DNA of 64,000 bases from Octopus sinensis (taxonomy: Eukaryota): positions 36,394,001 through 36,458,000 of the forward strand of contig NC_042999.1 in assembly GCF_006345805.1 (NCBI RefSeq), read 5' to 3'. The notes below the pieces were generated by a model. It was not told the origin of the DNA and did no database searches. It was given only the letters and a program-made list of their open reading frames with translations. Of this stretch, positions 49,371-62,345 are shown piece by piece. Positions within the stretch are counted from its first letter, which is position 1. Each line of letters starts with the position of its first letter. The translations under genes and the position numbers were made by a program.

Positions 49371-50578
49371 TTGCTTTGAATTGTTATTAATCATTGCAAT
49401 TTTTTTTTACTATTTCCTATACCTTTCTCAGTAACTTGCATGCCTTTTCTTCTCATGAGGATTTCTCTGGTATTTGATTTTTGCTTTATTTTGCATACAC
49501 CACCCTAAATGTATTGACATGCAACATCACCTTCATCATCTGTCCATTTTTCCGTGTTTTCATGGTTCAAACAAAAATTATCAAGGCAGATTTTTCTGCA
49601 GCTGGATGCCTTTCCTGTTACCCAACCTCATCTGTTTCCAAATAAGGTAATATTTCCCATGACCAGACATGTTTCCCACAGAAGACTAGAAATAAGCAGC
49701 ATCGCTTGTTATGATGGTGACTCATGCTTATAACCATCACCTAATAACCATCACCTAAACACACACATACTACCATCTGAGCTGGCAGAACTGTTAGCAC
49801 GCCGGGCGAAATGCTGAGCAGTATTTTGTCTGACATTACAATCTAAGTTCAAATTCCGCCGAGGTCGACTTTGCCTTTCATCCTTTTGGGGTTGATAAAT
49901 TAAGTACCAGTTACGCACTGGGGTCAAGATAATCGACTTAATCTGTTTGTCTGTCCTTGTTTGTCCCCTCTGTGTTTAGCCCCTTGTAGGTAGTAAAGAA
50001 ATAGGTTATGACAAGGGTTCCAGTTGGTCTAATCAATGGAACAGCCTACTAGTGAAATTAATGTGCAAGTGGCTGAGCACTCCACAGACACACGTACTCT
50101 TAATGTAGTTCTCAGGGAGATTCAGCGTGACACAGAGTGTGACAAAGTTGGTCCTTTGAATTACAGGTACAGCTCATTTTTTCCCAACTGAGTGAACTGG
50201 AGCAATGGGAAAAGAAGTGTTTTGCTCAAGAACACAATGCCCTGGTGGGAATCAAACCCATGACCCTACGATTGTGAGCTGAATAACCACTAAGCCACGC
50301 ACCTTCACCAAACACACACACAAACACACACACATCCCTATAATGGCTCTGTTCAGTTCCCATCTTCCAAATTCACTTACAAGGCTTTGTTTGGCTAGGG
50401 GCTATAGTAGAAGACATTTGTCCAAGTTACTCTGCAAGTGGGACTGAACCTGGACCATGTAGTTGGGAATGATGCTTCTTAACCACAGCAGCCACACCTG
50501 CACCTACCCAGGATACACCATTACATAATCATCACAGTACCCAGTTTTTTGCAGCCTACAATTTTTGTCCTTACCCTG

Positions 50579-51942
50579 TGTTGTGGTGGAATCCGAACAC
50601 TCCTGCGAAAGGATAAATGAACGGTTCTGAAATGTATAAATACACATGCATGCTGGAGATATCGGAAGAGTGTTGTATATGCAGCCATATATTATACAGA
50701 GAGTCGCAGAAGCTATTAAGAAGAGATATCGTAGGATTATGTGTTGGTGATTTGAACAGTTGGTGAATGAATATACACATGAGGATAAAGGAGCATAGAT
50801 TTAAATTGAGAAAAGAAAAATGCGAGTTTTTATGCCAGAAAGTATCTGGAACATGTGATTAATAAAAATGGTTGCAGACCAGATCCTGCAAGAGTGATAG
50901 CGATAAAAAATATGCCACCACCAAAAAATATTACTACATTACAAGCATTTTTGGGGCTTGCAAATTATTACCAAACATATATACTGAACATGCATGAGTT
51001 AAGAGCAGCTCCAAACAACCTATTCAAAAAAAGATGTTAAATGGTTTTGGTCTGATAGATGCCAAAAAGCATTCAAAGGAATTATAAAGGTTTAAACATC
51101 AGAGCTGTTATTATCTCATTATGATCCAAAACTAAAAATAGTAGTAGTGTCAGATGCTAGTGAGCGTGGGATCAGAGCGGTAATTCTACACAAGTTTGAA
51201 GAGGGTAGTTTAAAACCTATTGCACATGTGTTTCATTCATTGTTATCAGCTGAAAAAAACTACAGCTAAATTGAGAAGGAGGCACTAGCCATTATTTTTG
51301 CGGTGAAAAAATTTCACAAATTCCTACATAGAAGGAAATTTAGTCTGTAAACATATCACCGCCCATTGTTATCAATTTATGGATCAAAAAGGGTATCCCC
51401 ACACACACAGTCAAACAGTTGTAGCACTGGGAGACGACCCTGCTAAGTTATGTTTTAAGATGGAATTTCTACCATCAAAAAAATTAGGACATGCAGACGG
51501 ACTGCAAGAAATGGTTGAACCAGTGTGTACGTCAACTAGGAAAAGAAAGCAGACAGAAATATTGAAAATTGAACCAAAATGAAAAAAAACATTCCAATTT
51601 CTCCCTGAGGAAGTAAAAAAAAAAGGTGGGGGTGGAGAGAAAGGTGATAATAAATAAATAAAAGTATTGACTCTCAGGGTAAGTCAAACTTAAACAAAGG
51701 GAGATGTTGTGGTGGAATCCAAACACTCCCATGAAAGGATAAATGAACAGTTCTGAAATTTATAAATATGCATGTGTGCAGGAGATATCAGAAGAGTGTA
51801 GTATATTATATATTATACATATATTAGACAGAGAGTTGTAGAAGCTATTAAGAAGAAATATCATTGGATTACATGTTGGTGATTTGAACAGTTGGTGAAT
51901 GAATATACAATAAATCCACAACTACATAAAAACATCATAACA
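50579..51942 (+). mobile_element. Internally deleted Ty3/Gypsy LTR retrotransposon
   Basis: LTRs 50579-50779 (3'-truncated) and 51705-51942 (TG..CA); purine tract AAACAAAGGGAGA; CCCTG TSD; RT-RNase H motifs QAFLGLANYY, SDAS, IEKEALAIIFAVKKFH. Confidence 0.9.
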
Positions 51943-52859
51943 CCCTGAAATATAGTATTCATGAGGAGCATGTGGTGTGGCATATTCTTTTATTCCTTAT
52001 TCTTTTGCTTGTTTCAGTCATTGGACTGTGACTATGCTGGGACACCTCCCTGAAGGGTTTAGCTAAATGAATCGACCCAGCACTTTCCTTAAAATCTGGT
52101 ATATATACTATTGGCTCCTTTTACCAAACTACTAAGTTATGGAGGACATAAGCAAATCAACATGGTGGTAGAGACAAACATGAGCACAAACACACACACA
52201 TACACACAGACACACACACAAACACACACACACACACATGTACGACGGCTTCTTTCAGTTATACATGTATATATGGTGGTTCATTTAAGTTTTTTTCACT
52301 AACTCACTCTTTACTCTTTTACTCTTTTACTTGTTTCAGTCATTTGACTGCGGCCATGCTGGAGCACCACCTTTAATCAAGCAACTCGACCCCGGGACTT
52401 ATTCTTTTGTAAACCCAGTACTTATTCTATCAGTCTCTTTTGCCGAACCGCTAAGTAACGGGAACATTAACACACCAGCATTGGTTGTCAAGCAATGCTA
52501 GGGGACAAACACAGACACACAAACACACACACGCATATATACATACATATATATATACGACGGGCTTCTTTCAGTTTCCGTCTACCAAATCCACTCACAA
52601 GGCCTTGGTCGGCCCAAGGCTATAGTAGAAGACATTTGCCCAAGGTGCCACACAGTGGGACTGAACCCGGAACCATGTGGTTGGTAGACAAGCTACTTAC
52701 CACACAGCCACTCGTCTTTTAGATCCATTAGTTATTGTTACCTTGCTGCTCAGTTGGATTTTCATGTAGTACATCTGTGGTTTTCTTATACAGCAAATTC
52801 TCATACAGACTTGAACTGTGCTACAGCAATACAGCATATAAGTTCTAGAAGAATATATA

Positions 52860-52898
<39 letters not shown>

Positions 52899-55399
52899 TT
52901 GTGTGTATGTGTGTGTGGTGTTGGTGTGTGTATGTCCTTGTAACTTAATGGGTCAGCAAATAAGACTGATAGAATAAGTAAGTACTAGGCTTGGCTGTGT
53001 GGTAAGTAGCTTGCTTACCAACCACATGGTTCCGGGTTCATTCCCACTGTGTGGCACCTTGGGCAAGTGTCTTCTACTATAGCTTCGGGCCGATCAAAGC
53101 CTTGTGAGTGGATTTGGTTGACAGAAACTGAAAGAAGCCTGTCGTATATATGTATATGTATGTGTGTGTATATGTTTGTGTGTCTGTGTTTGTCCCCACC
53201 AACATCGCTTGACAACTGATGGTGGTGTGTTTACATTCCAGTAACTTAGTGGTTCAGCAAAAGAGACCGATAAAATAAGTACTAGGCTTACAATGAATAA
53301 GTCCTGGGGTCGATTTGCTCGACTAAAGGCGGTACTCCAGCATGGCTGCAGTCAAATGACTGAAACAAGTAAAAGAGAGTATTGGGGTCGAGTGACTCAG
53401 CTAAAAATTCTTCAAGGCAGTACTGCAGCATGGCCACAGCCTAATGACTGGAACAAGTAGAAGAATAAAGAATATGTATGTAACATGAAGACGGAGTATA
53501 TTGGGCTTTAATAGTAGATCACAGCATTTGTTTCTAGACCACACACCTACTTTAAGTTGCAGACTTTATATTCATATACCATTATAAAAGTTCATTCTTT
53601 ATAATTACTATATACTTGAATATTTTTCAGCAACAGCTGTGTGTGGGTGCTTCGTGCATGTGTAAGTGTGTGTGTGTGTGTGGATGCATGCATGTCTCTC
53701 CTATTTTTTAATTATTATAAATCTTCCACTGAGGAGGGAGCTGGTTTCCAACAAAGATACAAAGGCTCCATCTTTGGGATGTGGTTAACACAGACTATGT
53801 ATGTAGGTACGTATGTACAGTGCATGGTTTAATGGTTAGTGTATTAGGTCCATGGTTATAACGTTGTGAGTTTGATTCCTGACAATGCATTGTGTTCTTC
53901 AGCAAGACACTTTATTTCACATGGCTTCTTTCTCTCAGCTGGACAGAATGAGTTGTTCTTGTTATTCAAAAATCCAGCCTTGTCACACTCTGTGTCACAC
54001 TGAATCTCTGTGAGAACTATGTTAAGAGTGTATGTATCTGTGGAGTGCTCAGCCCGTTGAGTATTAATCTCACAAGCAGGCAGTCAAATCTAATGCTTAT
54101 TTATTCACAGTATTTTGAATTAATCATACATTATCTCATAGCTTCAAAATTTTGGTGAAATGATTGTATATTTTTAGAATGACATTGTCGGGTAGATGTA
54201 AGAGGCCAGATCTGGTGGGTCCTATGATTTTTAGAAAAATCACGATACAGGCATGGCTGTGTGGTAAGAGGCTTGCTTACCAGTGACATGGTTCTGTATT
54301 CAGCCTCACCACATGGCACCTTGGGCAAATGTCTTCTACTATAGCCCCAGGTGGAGCAAAACCTTGAGAGTGGATTAGGTAGACAGAAACTGAAAGAAGG
54401 CAGTCATGTGAGTGTATGTGTATGTGTCTGTGTTTGTACCCCACCGCTGCTATACAACTACTGTTGGTTTGCTTATGTCCCCGTAATTTATCAGTTCATC
54501 AAAGTGAGATAGAATAAGTACCAGGCTCAAATAAATAAATAAGTATTAGACTTGATTCATTTGACAAAAGGTTTTTCAAGGTGATGCCCCAGCATGACCA
54601 CAATCTATTGACTGAAACAGATAAAAAAAAAAAGGAGAGTTCTATGACAAAACACTTTTGGGAATCATTGGGGTAGGGTGTTATTTGAGCCACTAATTTT
54701 AGTAGGTCCATTGGCCACATAAACGCTCACTTGTTGGTTTGTTTGGGTCAGCATTCATAAATACTGAGAAACAGGATGGAACATCTCCCTTTACATTAGA
54801 AAAGCTAAGAGAACCAATCTAGCAAAGTATTGCTGGATAAATATCAAATGATTGTTGCAACATATTTATGATAATGCAAATAATAGCTCATAAAGTACAC
54901 ACACATGAACCAAATTTGAACGTTAAACTAAGCAACCTGTCAATAGTCAACATTTACTGTCTGTATGTATCAGGAGTATCAGAAAATAATTGATCTTTTC
55001 TACTGGTTTTGTCCGTCACTGCTGTGATCCAGCAATGACAATCAATATCCAATCTCCTCATATTACATTTAACTACATCCTTGTATTTCAGTCAGAGTCT
55101 ATTCTGATAGCTTATACAATTAGACAACAGGGAATATAGTTTGTTTTAGCAACGGGGGTTTCCTTCATTGTTTGAACATGTCCCAGGCACCAGAGATTTC
55201 AACACACTAATATCTCTGCCCTTTAGGGAGCCTGGCTTTCTTAGGATGAGAGTGTTTCTGAATTAATCTTTTGATGTGATGTTCGTGATCTGTCTCAAGG
55301 GTCTCATCATTAATGCATGCACTTCTATTCTTTTCTTTTCTTTTTTGTGTTTTTTTTTTTACATGTTTTATATCGTCAATTATCTGTTTGGTGTTTCAC

Positions 55400-55680
55400 A
55401 GTCTCTCAGTTTTCTGAATGCCAAGTGGATCTTACACATTTAGTTCATCACTGAGCTGACCATCATTACTGACTGAGTACTGCCCAGATGGGTAAAGATG
55501 CTTGCTTCTACCAACACCTACCATTTAATAATGATGGGTCCAGTTTGTGCCATTCAGCCTGAATCACAATTTGGCTGATAAAGAACTTCAGTCTTCCAGA
55601 AGTTGAGTTTCAGGCAGAACTTTGTAGCTTCAGCATCAAAAGCATCCATCAAGATCTGCATATCTTCTATAAAAAGAAGT
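55400..55680 (-). mobile_element. Degraded BovB-like RTE fragment
   Basis: EDMQILMDAF..TKF.L..N..KTEVLYQP pattern. Confidence 0.5.
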
Positions 55681-55729
55681 AAAAAGACAGGCACATACCT
55701 TAACAAATCACAATAATTTTATAAATGTA

Positions 55730-56121
55730 CTAGCAGTATCACCCGGCGTTGCTTGGGTTTGTAAGGGAAATTACTATAAAGCATTTTTAGAGAGTTATAG
55801 CCAAAAAATAGCAAAAAATGCATTAAAAATGGAAAAAAAATTATGGTAAATTTTTTTTTAAATCGTTGACTCATCGTAGACATTTTTAGAGAGTTACTTC
55901 CCTTTATTTAAAAAATATGCATTAAAATGGGAAAAAATGATGGTAAATTATTTTTAAAATCGTAGACTCATCGTAGACGTGCGCTAATACCCAGAAGGGC
56001 TCGATATGAATCACGACTATAAGATACCCGGTTTTGGTTAAACTGCATCGCAAAATGTGGGAGTAGTTAGGAATCTAAATTGGAGTAGACAGACACACAA
56101 CCTTTCTTTTATATATAAAGA
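55730..56121 (-). mobile_element. Non-autonomous Helitron, same family as 15015-15387
   Basis: A|TC start, CCCAAGCAACGCCGGG hairpin, CTAG|T end on the minus strand. Confidence 0.85.
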
Positions 56122-57813
56122 TGTCTGGTCTTAATCTCATTTTGAGGTGCATTACCTTAAACAGGTCAACATCAGATCTTGTCTGTCTGTATTAACCTCC
56201 CTTGAACATCATTGATAAATCAAGTCAGCTACCTGGATATTTCTATTTCTCTTGACCACTCCAACTTCTCCACTGCTGTCTTTATTTATCCATTTATTCA
56301 GATTACCCTGTCAAAATGTAATGATTATTTATTCACATTGTTTTGAATTAATTATGTATTATCTCAATATTTTGAGATTTCAATGGTGTGATTATATATT
56401 TTTTTTTAGAATTACTTTGTTATGTATGTGTGAGAGGCTAGATCTAGCTGGTTTGAATATAAACCAGGCAAAATATTTGGGCTGGATATGGCCAGTTTAA
56501 ATGCTGAAGGGTAGACAAAATTACTAACTTCCATTTCAACCTATATTTTACCTCATCCTATTCCACTCAGCACTCCCTTATTCATAATTCCTCCAGCATG
56601 AATAATTTTTACAGTTATTATCAACACACTTTTGGTGAGCTGTAGTATATATATGCAATGGCAAATCAAAGTATATTGACTCTACAGACATCACAGTAGC
56701 TGTCCAATAAAAGACCACAGTATGATGCATCTCTACACATTTGAGGTGATATTACAGAGTATCAAAACAACACCAGATAGTTGTTGCTCTCTTGAGTTTG
56801 TCTGCTCTTGGCAGATATTGTTTTACATTTCAAAGATTATCCAGAAATCGCCCTACTTTCCAAACAAGTTTAGTAGTGTTACAATTTAGTTGCCAAGGAT
56901 CTGACCCTGTATGTTCCGAAATGACATTTTCCTATTTCACAAAGGCAGTCAAGTAACTTTCTACTTCTAAGTTTCTCTTTTACTCTTTTACTTGTTTCAG
57001 TCACTTGACTGTGGCCATGCTGGAGCACCACCTTTAGTCAAGCAAATCGACCCCAGGAATTATTCTTTGTAAGCCTAGTACTTACTCTATTGGTCTCTTT
57101 TTGCCGAACTGCCAAGTTACGGGGACGTAAACACACCAGCATTGGTTGTCAAGCGATGTTGGGGGAATAAACACAAACACACATACAGATATATATATAC
57201 ATATATATGATGGGCTTCTTTCAGTTTCCACCTACCAAATCCACGCACAAGGCTTTGGTCAGTCCGAGGTTATAGTAGAAGACACTTGCCCAAGGTGCCA
57301 CGTAGTGGGACTGAACCCTGAACCATGTAGTTCGTAAGCAAGCTACTTACCACACAGCCACTCCTACGCCTATATTTGATTTATTTTTGATTTAAGAGCC
57401 AACCACTAACAGAGTTGTTAAGTTGTTCTTGTTCTTTGGCATCAGTTTAGATCTGATCAAACATGTTCCTATAATCAAACATGTTCTAGTGATGACTATA
57501 CTGTTTTTTTCTTTTAGATATAATGTACCAAGGATATTCTCTAACATGCATTTCCTCTAAAAAAAACAAAAACAATGTGAGTGGTAAATGGTGGTGAGGG
57601 GAGGGATATTTCTGGCTGCTACTTCTAGCTGCTGATCAAATGACCCTATTGATGTTTCTTCTAGGACAAAAGTTTCTATAAATTATATGCTGAATTTCCT
57701 GAATATTTTTCATATTTTCAAAGTATCCTTGCCAGATTAGATCACTTCATAGACAGCTAAGTCCCGTGGGACAGATTATAAGTGGGCAATCATTACATGT
57801 AGCCCATACTTAC

Positions 57814-58178
57814 ATCATGGATCTAGACTCAATGAGGAAGTAAACCAGAAGAGATCCTTGCTAGATGCCCCATCAATAGAGATTTTGTTTTCTGCTGTTT
57901 CCTATTACAAACTAACAAAGTACTCAGCCATTTTACAGTGCTGTTGTTATTTACAGTGACAATTGGCTTCCATCATGTGGTGTGATGGTGAAGGAGTGTG
58001 ACGGATGGGGGAGAGTGGAAGTGGGGCTTGCAGGGCTTGCAGGGCGCATGCGCCGGCAGAAGCGGAAGTGACAGGCAGAACGCACGTGCGGGATTGAGCA
58101 GTTGCGAGAGACACGACGAAGGGACCAGACGAGCGAGTTGGCTAAAAGCGATCCAAGTTCATCTCCAACGAGGTAAGA
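57814..58178. promoter_or_regulatory. Candidate bidirectional housekeeping promoter with divergent first exons
   Basis: Local CpG enrichment; NRF1-type GCGCATGCGC 58044-58053, ETS-type GCGGAAGTG 58062-58070, palindromic E-box CGCACGTGCG 58081-58090; + donor AG|GTAAGA at 58173; - donor GTAAGTAT starting at 57813. Confidence 0.65.
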
Positions 58179-58546
58179 CCCAATTACATTTTCCATTCTC
58201 CTGTTTTCTGTTGTACTCTTTTCACCATTCACACTACACATCATCCAGTATCTATTTTCAGCAAAATGGTCTGGAGTTAAGTGATTTTGTCACAAAGCAT
58301 ACAGACACTCAGAGTTGACAAATCAATTTAATTGAAAAAAATATATATACATTGATTATATACTCTTTTACTCTTTTACTTGTTTCAGTCATTTGACTGC
58401 AACCATGCTGAAGCACTGCCTTTAGTCAAGCAAATTGAGCCCAGAACTTATTCTTTGTAAGTCTAGTACTTATTCTATCAGTCTCTTTTGCCGAACCATT
58501 AAGTTATGGGGATGTAAACACACCAGCATCGGTTGTGACAAACACA

Positions 58547-58584
<38 letters not shown>

Positions 58585-59254
58585 ACACACACATACGATG
58601 GGCTTCTTTCAGTTTCTGTCTACGAAATGTACTCACAAGGCTTTGGTTGGCCTGAGGCTATAGTAGAAGACATTTGCCTAGGGTGTCACGCAGTGGGGCT
58701 GAATCTGGAACCATCTGGTTGGTAAGCAAGCTACTTACCACACAGCCACTCCTGTGCCTATATATAATAAAATTACATGTTATTGAAGGGATTACAAATC
58801 CTGGCAGCAATGTTACCATTTTTTTTCTGTCTTTTGTATTCATCATCATTGTCATCGCCATTGTCATCATCATTGCTGCTAACACTACCACCACCACTAC
58901 CATTGTAATCATCATCGTCATCATCATTTAGTGTCCCCTTTTCTATGCTTTCATGGATCAGGCAGAATATGCTGAGGCAGAATTTTTCCACATTCAGATG
59001 TTCTTTCTATTACCAGCCGTCACTTGTTACCATGCAAGGCGATATTTTCCATGGCCAGACATATTTCCCACAGAAGACAAGGAAACAAACGTCATCACTT
59101 ACAACTGTCACATGATATCAAGACAAGGATACACACAAACACTCACACACACACATATTTATATTGGTAGTTAGGGTAAACCCCAGATGTTTCCTCTTGA
59201 AGCACATCTGTTTATTCCATTATTACAGTCAATATGTATTCATAGTTAGAGTTG

Positions 59255-59292
<38 letters not shown>

Positions 59293-59400
59293 ATATATAG
59301 TTAATTCAAACATGAAAACACAAAGAGAAAACACAACAACGTGAGGACGTGGAACAAATATAGTATTATTGGACGCTTAGGAAGGAAGGGAAGAAGGAGG

Positions 59401-59435
59401 GTTTAACGTTTTGAGTGGAGCTCTTCGTTGGAAAC
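59401..59435 (-). ncRNA. Decayed minimal hammerhead in a PLE-like end (about 59300-59510)
   Basis: GTTT-CCAACGA-A-GAG-ctcca-CTC-AAAA-CG-TT-AAAC; G5 and G12 replaced by A in CpG-like context; (TA)n about 100 nt downstream. Confidence 0.4.
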
Positions 59436-59790
59436 ATAGGAGAAGGAAAGATCCAGAGAAGGGAAGTCAGAGGAAAAAAAATCGCCAACGGTACACACAC
59501 GGTCACATTTTTAATATATATTTGTGTGTGTATGTATGTGTGTGTGTATCTTTGCGTCTGTGTTTGTCCTCCCCACCAGTGCTTGACAACTGGTGCTGGG
59601 GTCGATGCATTCAACAAAAGTTCTTGAAGGCAGTACCTCAGCATGTCTGCAGTTTAATGACTGGACCAAATAAAAGATAAAAGACAAAGATAAATACAAA
59701 CACACAACAGGCTTCTTTTGGTTTTTGTCTGCTGAAGTGAACCTAGCCATGCAGCCAAGTCTGTGCCTATTAGATATATATATATATATA

Positions 59791-60674
59791 CAGGGTAGCC
59801 CAGAAGTCACTGAGAGGGATTTAATTTTTAATAACTCCCTTATTTTTACAAGTATGTGTATGAAATTTTAATTCAATATAAAGGAGATAATGAAAATTAA
59901 TTTGCATTAGTCCTTTTTCATCATACCTCTGCATTATGTATGAAAAATGACATCTTTTAAATGGCGTCCATTTTCATCTTCACACTTTATGGGGTGCAGT
60001 TCTCTTTGGTGTAATGCTCTCAGATTCTCAGAGCCCTAAGACCAGCAATTTTGTCAGTTGATGAACCCATTCAAATGAAAGTAAGCTTCATCAGACATGA
60101 TCAGTTTTTGTGTAAAATTTGGGTCATTTTGTGCCAATTCCTGGAATCTTACCATGTATTGGAGCCTGTGTTCATAGTCCTGGGGCTTCAAATGTTGAAC
60201 CAACTGTAACTTGTATAGAAAAAAGATTAAGACTGCAGAGAACTCTTTGCAGCAAAGTTTGTGTAGTTCCAAGCTGTCTGGATCGCCTTCAAGTCAATGC
60301 ACCCAGAATCTGTTCAATACTCTCTCACACTTGTTCCCTTACCTCATCAGTTTTGACAGTGCAAGGCCTCACAGATCGTGGGAGATCACTTATTGCCCCT
60401 TGTTTTTCAAATGATGAACCAAGTTCCTAATTGTGTTTTCACTTGGGGCATCTCTGACTTGAAAGTGCCAAGAATATGCTCTCTGGGTTTTAATAATTGA
60501 CCCTTGATTTTGATAAAACGATTTCACCACTAGGGTGTGTTCTGCAGTGCTGTATTTTTCCATAATTAATTTCCGGGACCTGGTCCATAAATCCCTGAAA
60601 AGAAAAGAAAAATGTCAAAAAATAAAAAGAATTATCAAAAATTGCAATCCTTCCATGACTTTTAGGCCACTGTG
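59791..60674 (-). mobile_element. Tc1/mariner-superfamily element remnant
   Basis: YKLQLVQHLKPQDYEHR..IMSDEAYFHLNG; degenerate TIRs CAGGGTAGCCCAGAAGTCA / CACAGTGGCCTAAAAGTCA, TA flanks. Confidence 0.75.
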
Positions 60675-61269
60675 TATAATGGCAAACCTTGATACAATCT
60701 AGACTGACAAGTCGCTGGTACATGTAATCTTAACTGCTTATTCTGTGTGTGTATGTATGTATGTATGTATGTATGTATGTATGTATGTGTGCATATGTAC
60801 AGACATACATATATATATATATATAAACACACACACTTGTATATATGTATGTATGTATTGTATGTGTGTATGTATATGTAATATATATATATATATATAT
60901 TATATATACATACACTTATACAATACATATACATTCATATATATGTTATATATATTATGTATGTATGTATGTATGTATGTATGTATGTATGTATGTATGT
61001 ATGTATGTATGTATCTTTGTTCTAGAACGACATTTTCCTACTTCACAAAAGCAGTCAAGTAGCTTTCTACTTCCATTTCTTTCAGTCTTGAAAGTCCCTG
61101 TAGATCTGCTGTAATATTTACTCAGCAATCACTATATTTGAAATGTATTTATATTTCTTCAAGAGATTCTGAGATTCTTTATATTGTCTAAGCTCTTGTT
61201 AATACTTTAACAGCTATTAGTATTGTTATTGTTACCATTGCACTTATTATTATTGCCATTGTTGTTCTT

Positions 61270-61550
61270 GTTCTTGTTGTCCTCATAGTAGAAGTAGTTG
61301 TCGTTGTTGTTGTTGTTGTTGTTGTGTCTATTGACTTTGGTTTGTTCATTTTGATATTATCTTTCTTTAACTTGAGTAATCGTGTTAATTTATTCACTAG
61401 AAATTCTTGAACTGTTCTTTAAAGAACAACATAGTTTCTAGAAACAGATTTTTACATGAAATGTTTAGTTCCAATGATTTGCTTCACAGAAGTAAGGCAA
61501 TAAAAGACAGGGCAAACATTAAAAAAATAAAGTGCAATTGAACCAACAAC

Positions 61551-61604
<54 letters not shown>

Positions 61605-61937
61605 TAATAATGATAATAATGGCTGTGATTTTAAATAAAAATGGTTAAATGTTTTCAAAAGCAAAAGCGTCATAGTTGTTATTACCACCACCACCACCAC
61701 TACCACCACCTCTAACATCTCTGCTGCTGGCTTCATTGTCCATTGCCATCATCATCATCATCATCACCATCATCATTGTCATCATTATCATCTTCATCAT
61801 TACATCCACCACCACCACCACCACCACCACCACCACCACCACCAACACCAACACCAACACCACCAACACCACCACTACCACCATCACCATCACCACTATC
61901 CTTATCATCATTATCAGTACTTCATCTACCATACCAC

Positions 61938-61970
<33 letters not shown>

Positions 61971-62345
61971 TATTGATGCCTCATCCACTACCATCACCAT
62001 CATTACAACTACCACCTCCACCACTACCACCACCACCACCACCATCGCTACCATCATCACCATCAATACTATAATCATCATTATCACCACCATCTCTCTC
62101 CATCAACATTGTAGTCTTCATTATCATCTTCATCATTACATTCACCACCACTGCTGCCAACACCACCACCACCACCACAATCAGCACTACCACTGCCACC
62201 ATCACCAACACCAACACTGCTATTTCCACCACCACCACCAAAATCAGACCTACCACTGCCACCATCACCAACACCAACACTGCTATTTCCACCACCACCA
62301 CCACCACCACCATTGTTATTGTCATCATCACCACTGCAACATAAC
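61270..62345. repeat. Compound trinucleotide microsatellite field (GTT, TAA, CAC/CAT/AAC)
   Basis: Direct periodicity; accounts for the spurious poly-amino-acid ORFs. Confidence 0.95.
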
